Assembly (NCBI GenBank): GCA_965249555.1
Contig: OZ252243.1
Location: forward strand, 928,001-992,000
Source: Nitrosopumilus sp.
GTDB lineage: Archaea; Thermoproteota; Nitrososphaeria; Nitrososphaerales; Nitrosopumilaceae
Length of the DNA: 64,000 nt
Reading direction: 5' to 3'
Of the stretch, positions 11,591-20,200 are shown in pieces (within the stretch, counting starts at the first letter, position 1; every line of letters starts with the position of its first letter). The position numbers were made by a program, and so were the translations under genes. The notes under the pieces are model-generated. The model saw nothing but the letters and a program-made list of their open reading frames with translations, did not search any database and was not told the DNA's origin.

Positions 11591-12046
11591 TTATGGAGAA
11601 TATCTTCCTTCGAGTCTAGTTTTTGCAATAACATGATTCTTCATAGCTTCTTCTATTTGCTTTTTAGTTGAGTCTTTATCGGCATCTAATTTTTGATCTA
11701 ATGCATATAGTTTGAAGATGTATGTGTGTTCTTTATCTGGAGGAGCTGGTCCACCATAACCAATTTCGCCAAAATCAGTTTTACCTTCAAGACAATCTGA
11801 TGGAATAGAATTTTCTTTTAATTCCATAGTACTTGGATTAATATTCCATAAAACCCAGTGAACCCATACTTTTCCAACTGCGCCCATAGCATCAGGATCA
11901 TCCATTATAAGAGCTAGAGATGATGTGTTTTCAGGAACACCACTAATTTTTAGAGGGGGGCTTTGATTTCCATTTTTATAACCATATTTTCTAGGAATCA
12001 CTCCACCATTATCAAATGCTTCACTTTCTAAAGTAAAATCTTCCAT
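11591..12046 (-). CDS. YbhB/YbcL family PEBP (Raf kinase inhibitor-like) protein
   Basis: DDPDA, WVHWV, GYGGPAPP, HTYIFKLYALD. Confidence 0.92.
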   Translation of the reverse strand: MEDFTLESEAFDNGGVIPRKYGYKNGNQSPPLKISGVPENTSSLALIMDDPDAMGAVGKVWVHWVLWNINPSTMELKENSIPSDCLEGKTDFGEIGYGGPAPPDKEHTYIFKLYALDQKLDADKDSTKKQIEEAMKNHVIAKTRLEGRYSP

Positions 12047-12080
12047 ATCAGAATTTAGAAATACTCAAAGTTAAATTTTT

Positions 12081-12449
12081 CTAAGATTCTAAAACTATTC
12101 TGTTATTTGAAAAAGACATTATAGAACTTCCATGATTCTTGATCTGTTTTTTTAGTTGTTTATCCATTGTGGCAACAATTGCTTTATTGTTTAAAACATA
12201 ATCAAGTAACTCTTTGTCAGCAAATGTGCCAAAAATAGGAATTATTTTAAAAAATTTTATGTAATTAAGAGTTGATTGAATGTCTTGAGTTTTTTTTGGG
12301 TTTTTTTCTAATTTAGATAATTCATTTTTTACAACTTGTGGTACGACAAAGGTGATTTGACCGATTTCTACATCCAGATTATCAATATTTTTGATTCTTC
12401 TAGTTGCGAGATGAATTAGAAAATTTGTGTCACAGATTACTTCAACCAA
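12081..12449 (-). CDS. PIN-domain ribonuclease (Fcf1/Utp24-like)
   Basis: DTNFL, VKNEL, ATMD..LK; conserved archaeal position downstream of aIF2-gamma. Confidence 0.85.
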   Translation of the reverse strand: MVEVICDTNFLIHLATRRIKNIDNLDVEIGQITFVVPQVVKNELSKLEKNPKKTQDIQSTLNYIKFFKIIPIFGTFADKELLDYVLNNKAIVATMDKQLKKQIKNHGSSIMSFSNNRIVLES

Positions 12450-13704
12450 CTATTCCTGCACCGATTAATCTCCATCTTTCAGAAATTCTTCTACTAATTG
12501 CTACATTTCCACCTTCAAAGATACATGCAGGTCTTCTAAGTTCAATCTCGATATTTTTTGATTTTATTTTGTTAACCTTACCCAATACAGGAGCAGTTCC
12601 AATATTTAGTCGAAGTAGTTCGCCTGATTGGATTGGCTGGACTTTGATATCTTCAGTAATTCCTACTGCAGAATCAAACAGATTCACTTCTAGTTTTAAC
12701 TGAACAGAATTTTCAGGAAGTGTATCAGGTTTTCCAATAACTGAACCGATAAATGAATCACTTCTAGTCATAGAAGGATCTAATTTTGTTCCAATAGCAA
12801 CCAAACCACCAGGCTTTACTGATTCAACAATTCCTGCAGCAGTTCCTAAAGAAGTAATTTCTGTCACTAAAGGTTCATAGGACTTTTTTTTCTCATTCAT
12901 AACACCAGGTTTAATTTCAATTTCATCACCAACATTGAAAACTCCTTGAGTTAGACTTCCTCCAATGACACCTCCCTTGATATTTTTTATTTTTGTACCA
13001 GGTTTGTTTACATCAAAAGAACGCAAAACATGCATTATAGTATCTTTTTTTTCATTTCTTTCTGGTGTTTTGATTGTTGATTCAATAGATCCAATTAATG
13101 CATCAATGTTTAATCCAGATTGTGCAGAAATAGGAATTACAGGTGATTTTGCAGCATGAGTTCCTTTAACAAATTTTGTAATTTCTTGATAGTTTGCTAA
13201 GACTTCTTTGTAAGAAAGTAGATCAACTTTGTTTTGGACTACAACTATTTGTTGAATTCCAAGAGTTTCAAGAGCTAAGAGATGTTCTTTTGTTTGTGGT
13301 TTGGGAACTTTTTCATTTGCAGCAACTAGTAATAATGCACCATCCATCAAGGCAGAACCTGAAAGCATGTTTGCCATCAAACTTTCGTGTCCAGGGCTGT
13401 CAACAAAACTAACAACTCTAGATAATTCACTTTTCTTTCCACAATTGGTACATTTTGGGGTTGTAGAATATCCTAAAGGATCCTCACAACTTTTGCATTT
13501 GTAAAATGCAGCATCAGAGTATCCTACACGAATAGTAATTCCACGTTTTAGTTCCTGACTATGCACACTAGTCCACGAACCAGTTAATGCCTGAATAAGA
13601 GTAGTTTTTCCGTGATCTACATGACCAGCAGTTCCAATGTTAACGCATGGTTGATATCCATATTTTTTGATGTACCAATTAGGAAGTGTGTCTCTCCAAT
13701 GCAT
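12442..13704 (-). CDS. eif2g: translation initiation factor 2 subunit gamma
   Basis: GHVDHGKTT, RGITIRVGY, DSPGHE, QNKVD, RWRLIG. Confidence 0.97.
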   Translation of the reverse strand: MHWRDTLPNWYIKKYGYQPCVNIGTAGHVDHGKTTLIQALTGSWTSVHSQELKRGITIRVGYSDAAFYKCKSCEDPLGYSTTPKCTNCGKKSELSRVVSFVDSPGHESLMANMLSGSALMDGALLLVAANEKVPKPQTKEHLLALETLGIQQIVVVQNKVDLLSYKEVLANYQEITKFVKGTHAAKSPVIPISAQSGLNIDALIGSIESTIKTPERNEKKDTIMHVLRSFDVNKPGTKIKNIKGGVIGGSLTQGVFNVGDEIEIKPGVMNEKKKSYEPLVTEITSLGTAAGIVESVKPGGLVAIGTKLDPSMTRSDSFIGSVIGKPDTLPENSVQLKLEVNLFDSAVGITEDIKVQPIQSGELLRLNIGTAPVLGKVNKIKSKNIEIELRRPACIFEGGNVAISRRISERWRLIGAGIVG

Positions 13705-13735
13705 GAGTCAAAATGTAGAATCGGTATATGTTAAG

Positions 13736-14146
13736 TTATTCTTTTTTATCTTCAGTTTTTTCTTCTGTAGACTCTGCTGCATCTTCAGCAGGTGCTTCAA
13801 CTGGTAATTCTCCATCAAATTTACAATTTACTTGATAGATTTCTTCTGATACTGTATTTCCACGCATTAATTTTCTCACTCTTTGTCCGGTTTCTGCATC
13901 TTGCAAACCTACTCCTTTAGAAAGTAAAACATATTTTCTTGCTGCACCATGAATATCATTTCTCATAGGAACACCAGATTTGTCACTTCCTCCAGTTAGT
14001 TTTAATTTTCCAGCTAGTCCTACAATTGTAGCATCAGTTTCATTTCCTAGTTGTAAACCTAGTAATGGATTTGCATCACTGTCTTTGAGTTCCTTTGATA
14101 CAGACTTTCCCTTGATATCTGAAATTGTAAGTTTGAAGTTGGCCAA
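13736..14146 (-). CDS. rps6e: 30S ribosomal protein S6e
   Basis: LTGGSDKSGVPMR, RVRKLMRGN; likely TTG start (MANFKLTISD). Confidence 0.93.
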   Translation of the reverse strand: MANFKLTISDIKGKSVSKELKDSDANPLLGLQLGNETDATIVGLAGKLKLTGGSDKSGVPMRNDIHGAARKYVLLSKGVGLQDAETGQRVRKLMRGNTVSEEIYQVNCKFDGELPVEAPAEDAAESTEEKTEDKKE

Positions 14147-14220
14147 GTATTCCAAAAAAAAGTTTGACGACTAATTAACCTTTGGACATTATTTTTAAAT
14201 CAAGACTTACAAAGATAGGC

Positions 14221-14343
14221 ATGGGAGAAGACATTAGATGTCCAAAGTGTGATAACAAGATGGTACATATGCAAGCATGTCATATGTTTTGTCCCAACTG
14301 TGGGTCTCATTTAGATTGCTCAGATAAAGGAAACTATTGGTAA
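14221..14343 (+). CDS. small zinc-ribbon protein (40 aa)
   Basis: Hand translation MGEDIRCPKCDNKMVHMQACHMFCPNCGSHLDCSDKGNYW*; two CPxC knuckles; shorter than any ORF in the track. Confidence 0.75.
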   Translation: MGEDIRCPKCDNKMVHMQACHMFCPNCGSHLDCSDKGNYW

Positions 14344-14415
14344 CTATTTTGCCATATAGACAAAAAATTTAGGCTCAATTTTTGATAAAATCTAATGTAA
14401 TTTCCATACAATCAA

Positions 14416-15109
14416 TCAGTTTTGAATTCTTTGAGTAACATCTATGAATTCCATCAAATCTGGCGGTACTGGTTATGTTCTATCCAATGTTGAGAAATAC
14501 ATTGGAATGAATTCTGAACGATTTGTAAATTGTTTATGTCCTTGTAACAGTTCTTTTTTAATATCTTTGAATAGAGAATATTTCTTTGCCAATTTTTTAT
14601 ATGATTTTCCAATTGAAAATAGGACATCTTCATTCAAAAGCATTGTAAATGCAAAATAATTAACTAGAGATTCTGGTTTTACTTTTGGCAAAAATGCAAC
14701 AAATGTAGTCATAAATCCTTGAGATCCTAACATTCTTTCTTCCTGCTCTCTAATTGTCGTAGTAAGATCTACAAAAAAATTCATAGTTAATGTATTCAAC
14801 CAATTAAAAATTAGAAACAAAGAAAATGCTACTATTACAGTAGGGACTAAGATTACAAAAAATATCCATTATTCTAATGGATATAATGAATTATAGCCTA
14901 AGAAAACTGTTACAAAAATTCCAAAAGCTACAAAGATGTAATTTCGCTTATATCCTTAATCTCTGAAGTGACTAATGTTGTAGCATTTTCAAATCTATCT
15001 TGTATACGTTTAACGAATCAATTGCTCCTGTATGATACAGATCAATTCTAGAAATTGCCCATTTCTTATCCTCATCTGTTTTAATTAGATCTAATGAAAT
15101 TTCATCCAT
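14416..15109 (-). pseudogene. decayed membrane-protein gene (includes ORF 14473..14820)
   Basis: ATG at 15109 (MDEISLDLIKTDEDKKWAISRID). Coding-like and hydrophobic segments continue across frameshifts and stops into the 14473..14820 frame and beyond. Confidence 0.5.
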
Positions 15110-15125
15110 GTTATTTATCACTTAA

Positions 15126-15302
15126 TTATTGCCCACAAACTGGACATTGAATATTTTGGTTAGGTTTAGCAGGATGTATTTCATTTTCTGATGGGGAAAA
15201 ATCATGATAGTTTTGACATTCTTTGTTATAAGCTTCTTCAGAAGAATTTGCATGAATTACTTTGAAATGTGAGTGTGGATGCGTGTCTAGTCTCTGTTTT
15301 AG
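15126..15302 (-). pseudogene. 5'-truncated gene fragment (GIY-YIG-like small protein C-terminus) cut by the transposon left end
   Basis: Open frame starts exactly at the TIR edge with no start codon: LKQRLDTHPHSHFKVIHANSSEEAYNKECQNYHDFSPSENEIHPAKPNQNIQCPVCGQ*. Confidence 0.55.
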
Positions 15303-15411
15303 GGTACAGTGAAGTTATAGGGATACAGAAATACGGATCTTCTCTGAATTGAAATTCGTGCCTATTGTGGTTATGAGATATATGAAATCACGATCTTATT
15401 CGAATTCAAAA
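15303..15411 (+). repeat. left terminal inverted repeat (109 bp)
   Basis: GGTACAGTGAAGTTATAGGG...CGAATTCAAAA is the exact reverse complement of 17799-17907. Confidence 0.95.
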
Positions 15412-15429
15412 ATTAACAGGTTTTGAAAT

Positions 15430-15702
15430 TCAGGGCTTTATCTCATCATAACATTTGTCACAAACGTTAATCTGCTTTTCTGTGTCCGGATCTTTTACCC
15501 TCTTGCCCTTCCTAATCTGCTCTTTGCACATTGAGCAGAAATTAAGTCTGTCCTCCGTAACCAATGGCTTTCCATTACATTTCTTGCAAAAATATACGGT
15601 AACAGTTGGGAACTGTGGGATGAATAATCCCAAAGCCCGTTCCTCCAAGTCATAAACGCACCTGCATCTGATACATCTGAACTTGTCTGATACGAACTCC
15701 AT
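15430..15702 (-). CDS. Cys-rich zinc-finger protein (four CxxC motifs), transposon passenger
   Basis: CIRC, CKKC, CSMC, CDKC. Its ATG overlaps the transposase-remnant stop (TAATG). Confidence 0.7.
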   Translation of the reverse strand: MEFVSDKFRCIRCRCVYDLEERALGLFIPQFPTVTVYFCKKCNGKPLVTEDRLNFCSMCKEQIRKGKRVKDPDTEKQINVCDKCYDEIKP

Positions 15703-15898
15703 TATTCATACCCCCTATCCATGGCTGCATTTTGAATAAGTGTCTTCCATTTGTTCTTACCATCAACATTAATCAGGGCTATTTCTGCCCGGGGTCTTTC
15801 CTTTGAGTGAGCCATGCTTTTTGGTGAAATTGTAAGACCCTCATTCCATCTAGTATTGGCGTGTCCATCTTTTTTAGACCTCTAAAGACTTTTTCCCA
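15702..15898 (-). pseudogene. DDE transposase C-terminal remnant
   Basis: With two single-base frameshifts it reads EKVFRGLKKMDTPILDGMRV-YNFTKKHGSLKGKTP-EIALINVDGKNKWKTLIQNAAMDRGYE*, a typical rve/IS6-like tail (YN..H.SL.GKTP). Confidence 0.8.
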
Positions 15899-15997
15899 AG
15901 CTTTATCATTTTGTGTGTTTTATCATTATGTAAAAATAATATTTGAATGATCAGACACTGACATGTATCAAATTCCCGTTAAAATAAAAGTCGCTGA

Positions 15998-17575
15998 TTA
16001 CTGGCCGATATTGACTCGTACGTAGTTGGATCGTTTGCTATCTCCTGCTTCATTAAATGCAACTACTCTGTAGACATATTTGCCATCATCTAATGACTCG
16101 ATAGTAAATGAATCCCTTGGCGAGTCATTACTTAGAGTATAGATATTACATACTGCCAAGTCTTTGGTACCACGCTCTTTACACAAGATGTTGTAACCAT
16201 CTATGGTCGAATCTTGTGGATCAGTCCAGGATAATTCTACTGTATCATTATTAGCAGATGCTTCCAAGTTTTGAGGTTTTGATGGAGGTTCGCTAGTAAT
16301 AGTTGATGATTTAACAGGGTTGGAAGGTACGGGTTCGCCAATAGTTAATAATTTAACAAAATTGGAGCGTGGTGATTCTCCGGACTCGTTAAGGGCAATT
16401 ACGCGAAAGACATAGACAGTATTGGATTTTAAATCATCAACAGTGTAACTGTTACTGACTGTTCCTGTATTTTCAATACAGGTTTTTAGACTGGATTCAG
16501 TTGCAGGGGTTCGGCATAATATCTTGTAGCCTGTAATAGAGTCATCATTAGGATTGTTCCAAGATAATTTTACTGTATTTGCATTTGATGCTACAAATGT
16601 CAAATTACTTGGTTTTGCTGGCGGTGCTAGTGATACTTGATTTCCTGAAGTTCCAAGATCAGAGAGATTGGTAATTGGTATAAACTCAGTAACCGCAGTA
16701 TCTCCACCTGAATATACAGACTTTATAGCTACAGACTTGAATAATTCTTCACCCAAAACAGTTATAGCTAAATCAACTGAAGATTTTGAATCAGGTGAAA
16801 CAACAAGATGATGTTCTATGGTTGTATCATCTGCATATTTTCCTATCAACACATAATTACTGATATCTGTGTTGTATGGACTAGTCCATTCCAGTTCTAG
16901 ACCAATAGTAGTAAAGTCTCTACCTTGTATAGTTTTAGTTTCAGGTACAGTTACTCCCTTTTTCTCAATAGAGTCAACGCTAAAAGCACGAGCAGATAAA
17001 CCACTTAATGCTACAGCAGGACTATTTCCCATAGTTGGTATTACACAGCTGCCAGTGCCGAGACTTAGATTTATCAAGCCTAGTCCCATATAGGATTTAG
17101 GTTGAATCTCTGCTACATTTAATTTCTCTATTGTTATGAGTGCTGCTTCTCCTCTACCTTGATCATTTACTGCTGATATTCTAAAATTCATAGATGGACC
17201 AGAAGTACCAGTAACTAATGCAGTTGATTCACAGATTTTCATATATGGAAATTCAGTGTAAAAATCTGGACTATCATTAGGTGCATAACCTTCTACATTA
17301 TATCTAGTGATATCAACTCTATGGGAATCCCATATTACTCTGTTAATAGAATCATTATATGAAAACTCTATATGATATCCAACGATATCACTGCTGCCAT
17401 TAGACTCTGGAGCATCCCATGTTATTACTTGGATCAATCCAGTTCCTCCACCAATAGGTAGTTCACTAATTGCTTCTAGATTACGTGGTACTGATGGAGG
17501 TTCTGATTGTGCATATGCAGAGGTTAATCCTACCACTAGAACCAGTGATAAAATTACACTTGCTACAACCTTCAT
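15998..17575 (-). CDS. secreted fibronectin type III domain protein
   Basis: Signal peptide ending AYAQ and three Fn3 repeats (PPSVPRNL..ITWDAP..FRISAVN; PAKPSNL..LSW..YVFRVIALN; PSKPQNL..LSW..YRVVAFNEAG). Confidence 0.9.
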   Translation of the reverse strand: MKVVASVILSLVLVVGLTSAYAQSEPPSVPRNLEAISELPIGGGTGLIQVITWDAPESNGSSDIVGYHIEFSYNDSINRVIWDSHRVDITRYNVEGYAPNDSPDFYTEFPYMKICESTALVTGTSGPSMNFRISAVNDQGRGEAALITIEKLNVAEIQPKSYMGLGLINLSLGTGSCVIPTMGNSPAVALSGLSARAFSVDSIEKKGVTVPETKTIQGRDFTTIGLELEWTSPYNTDISNYVLIGKYADDTTIEHHLVVSPDSKSSVDLAITVLGEELFKSVAIKSVYSGGDTAVTEFIPITNLSDLGTSGNQVSLAPPAKPSNLTFVASNANTVKLSWNNPNDDSITGYKILCRTPATESSLKTCIENTGTVSNSYTVDDLKSNTVYVFRVIALNESGESPRSNFVKLLTIGEPVPSNPVKSSTITSEPPSKPQNLEASANNDTVELSWTDPQDSTIDGYNILCKERGTKDLAVCNIYTLSNDSPRDSFTIESLDDGKYVYRVVAFNEAGDSKRSNYVRVNIGQ

Positions 17576-17798
17576 ACAATATCCAAATACAGTAATGTAT
17601 AAGAGTATTTAGATCAATCATAGTGATCTAGCATATCTAGTGTTCAAAAGTTGACAAATATGGATTCTTATCTGGATTACCTTAACCACTTTACTGCTTT
17701 TTCATATTCTGGTATCTCCATTACTTAATTCATACAAAACTGAATTCTGTTGAGTTAAGATATTAAATCGATCTCATCTGAATTTAGAAATTAGTTGA

Positions 17799-17907
17799 TT
17801 TTGAATTCGAATAAGATCGTGATTTCATATATCTCATAACCACAATAGGCACGAATTTCAATTCAGAGAAGATCCGTATTTCTGTATCCCTATAACTTCA
17901 CTGTACC
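17799..17907 (-). repeat. right terminal inverted repeat (109 bp)
   Basis: Exact reverse complement of 15303-15411. Confidence 0.95.
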
Positions 17908-17917
17908 TTATTGGTAA

Positions 17918-18091
17918 TTACAATCCAGATCTATCTGGAATATAGTCTGATGCCATATTGATTGCATTATCTTTCATGATTTCAAGATAGGTATCATAAT
18001 CTGCTTCAAAGTTACAGTGAGGACATTTAACTTTCGTAATTTCATCATCTAAAATTGCAACTTTTTCACACTCTGGGCACCTTGCATCCAT
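17918..18091 (-). CDS. small zinc-ribbon protein (57 aa)
   Basis: Hand translation MDARCPECEKVAILDDEITKVKCPHCNFEADYDTYLEIMKDNAINMASDYIPDRSGL*; not in the ORF track. Confidence 0.8.
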   Translation of the reverse strand: MDARCPECEKVAILDDEITKVKCPHCNFEADYDTYLEIMKDNAINMASDYIPDRSGL

Positions 18092-18145
18092 ATCTTAGTT
18101 TCACAATCAAGATATTTAATCATGATTATCAAATATGTCCTAAGT

Positions 18146-18185
18146 GGAGTTAGTTTAGTCTGGTATAACGTCAGCTTCCCAAGCT
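18146..18185 (+). repeat. att site: copy of the tRNA-Gly 5' half through the anticodon loop
   Basis: GGAGTTAGTTTAGTCTGGTATAACGTCAGCTTCCCAAGCT is identical to 21332-21371. Confidence 0.95.
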
Positions 18186-18366
18186 CGGTGCCTACGGCGC
18201 AAGACACCTTCGGTGATAAATTGATGAGAGGTAATTCTTTTTCATAAAACATTTTTAGTTTTTTTATTGAAAATATAATTTTATACTCATAATTTTTGTT
18301 AGGATTAAAGTTTCTTGAGAGGAATTCTCGTTTTTTCTTACTAAACATAATCATATCAGTAAACAA
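18146..18366 (-). pseudogene. putative N-terminal part of an att-split integrase (part of ORF 18049..18366)
   Basis: The frame reads through the att repeat. In the reconstituted circular form it stays open for about 54 further codons, down to 21169. Confidence 0.4.
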
Positions 18367-18423
18367 CTAGATCTTAAAAATATTTATTCCCATATCACTT
18401 ACTTTTTAACCTAAAGAAAAAAA

Positions 18424-18711
18424 ATGAATATGTTGCAGAAGTTAAAAACTAATCTTTTACCTGAAATTAAAATACAAAATACTGTTTGTACTGCAGATCT
18501 TAACCAGAAAATAAACATTGCAGAATTTAACAGATATTATTTTTTGAGCTGCAATCTAGATCTGTATAGATGTGGGTATGTAAAGGATGATTCCATGATA
18601 GGAAGAACCACTGTGTTTGCAAATGGAAAATTAATTTCAGTTGGAACAAAAAGCCAAAAAGAAGCCATTAAGAAATTAAAAAAACTTGTAACAATAGTTA
18701 CACAGAAATAA
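18424..18711 (+). CDS. single-repeat TATA-binding-protein-like protein
   Basis: IKIQNTVCTADLNQKINI...RTTVFANGKLISVGTKS..EAIKKL matches one TBP repeat (IENIVA..DL...LIFSSGKMVITGAKS). Confidence 0.7.
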   Translation: MNMLQKLKTNLLPEIKIQNTVCTADLNQKINIAEFNRYYFLSCNLDLYRCGYVKDDSMIGRTTVFANGKLISVGTKSQKEAIKKLKKLVTIVTQK

Positions 18712-19988
18712 TTCTAATTCCTTCCCAGAGTCTTATTATTTTTCCTTCTATTCTCCCTATTGTTGATTCAATACCAAACTTTTGGGAAACTTTGTAATTG
18801 AAAGCTTTTTCTTTTTTTGGAGTGATTTTATTTTTCTTACACCACTTGCAAAATACCTGAAAGATGGAGACCTTGGAAGTTTGTCTCAAAATCCTGCTCA
18901 ACACAAGAATCCAAAAATGTGTCTATCGGATTGGCTTTTTGTGTCCAAATTTCTTGTAATTTTGAGGTATTTTCATCATATGTCAATTTTCCATTTTTCT
19001 TTATTTTTTGAATATATAGAAGAAGTAAATTTAGAATTCCTGAAAGTTTATGTTCTGTTGTTAATTCGTTGAAAAGATTTTGATTAATTTTGTATTTTTT
19101 ATTCTGATGAGTAAATTGTTGATTCCATTCAATCAAAACTAATCTTCGATAAACTGCATGTGAGTTTTCACCAAGTTCAGGTAATTCATTACATGAAAAG
19201 ATCGACTTTGCAGTGTTTCTCATCTTAAATCTATGTTGATTTTTCCTTTGAACTTCTATGGAGTCACTACTGATGATTGCTTTGATGGTGCCAAGTTCAG
19301 GAATTTCTCTTCTTGAAATATCTGCATAGATGTTTGCAAGTTTACTATCTAATCCAGCTTTTGCAAATCGATCTGATTCCATATCATGAATTGAGATATT
19401 AGAAACATTTTCTGAGCCTAAAAATCGTTCCATAACATTCAAGCAGGTACTTTTTCCATTAGCACCAGATCCTACATTCATGAACATTTTTTCTAGATGG
19501 ATATTTGGGAGTAATATAGAGGCAAACGCTTCTAATGCAGATATCTTATTTTTCTCCTCAGGAAGGCATTGATCTAAAAACCTCTGGAATTGTTCACATA
19601 TAGCATTTTGATCATATGTTACTGGTAGCTGAATTCTGAAAAGGAAGTTTGAAGAATGTGGTTGAAGTTGTTCTGTCTTTAAATTAAGAATTCCATTTCT
19701 TAGATTTATCAAGTTTTCATAACTATCAAATTCTTGATCTCGTGAAACATGTGTTTCTCGTCTAATAGTATTGATCACTTCTTTGCAATTGTGAGTTTTA
19801 CAGTCTGGAATTATTTTTTGGCATTCTTCTTTAATTATGATTTCTCCTCCACTTTTGTAGATACCATCTTCATAGACTAGAACTTGTTCAGAATCCCTTA
19901 AGGTCTTGAAATGAAAGGAGTTTCGGATAATGTCTGCATAATGACCATTTCCATACCTAATTTCACTCATTTTTAACTCAATTTCCAT
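18698..19988 (-). pseudogene. phage/plasmid D5 (P4-family) SF3 helicase, frameshifted near 18880
   Basis: D5_N region (LINLRNGILNL..PHS), Walker A GSGANGKST, SCNELP, RRLVLIEW. The C-terminal winged helix (SKVSIFQVFCKWCKKNKITP) lies in frame 18698..18904. Confidence 0.85.
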
Positions 19989-20200
19989 TGTGCTTCAATA
20001 ATTTCATTATTGCGATTATTGAAAGATATTTCCAATGCCCTGAACATGTCGTTTGAATTGTTATTTGTTGTTAGCATGATCTTTTCTATGGGAAAATCCA
20101 GATCTAAATACCTTTGTAGTAATTTTCTCAAAAAATATTTTTTCGGTTTGACTATAGAAATTGCAATTTGATTTTCTTTATGTTAAATTTTTTAAAATTA

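Larger units (their letters stand above)
15303..17907. mobile_element. non-autonomous cargo transposon with 109-bp TIRs (IS6-like ends)
   Basis: Perfect inverted repeats 15303-15411 and 17799-17907; internal DDE transposase remnant; ends GGTACAGT resemble IS6-family GGCACTGT. Confidence 0.85.

Noticed and set aside
1512-13504. Many 60-140 aa antisense ORFs (e.g. 3975..4394, 8834..9142, 12404..12703)
   Set aside because: They lie opposite well-supported conserved genes and carry no motifs. The same applies to similar ORFs throughout the window.
18146-18220. Second tRNA-Gly or a split-tRNA half
   Set aside because: Identity stops in the anticodon stem with no T arm or 3' acceptor strand, and an intact copy exists. 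It is better explained as an att site.
18782-19072. ORF 18782..19072 (+)
   Set aside because: Antisense to the D5-like helicase.
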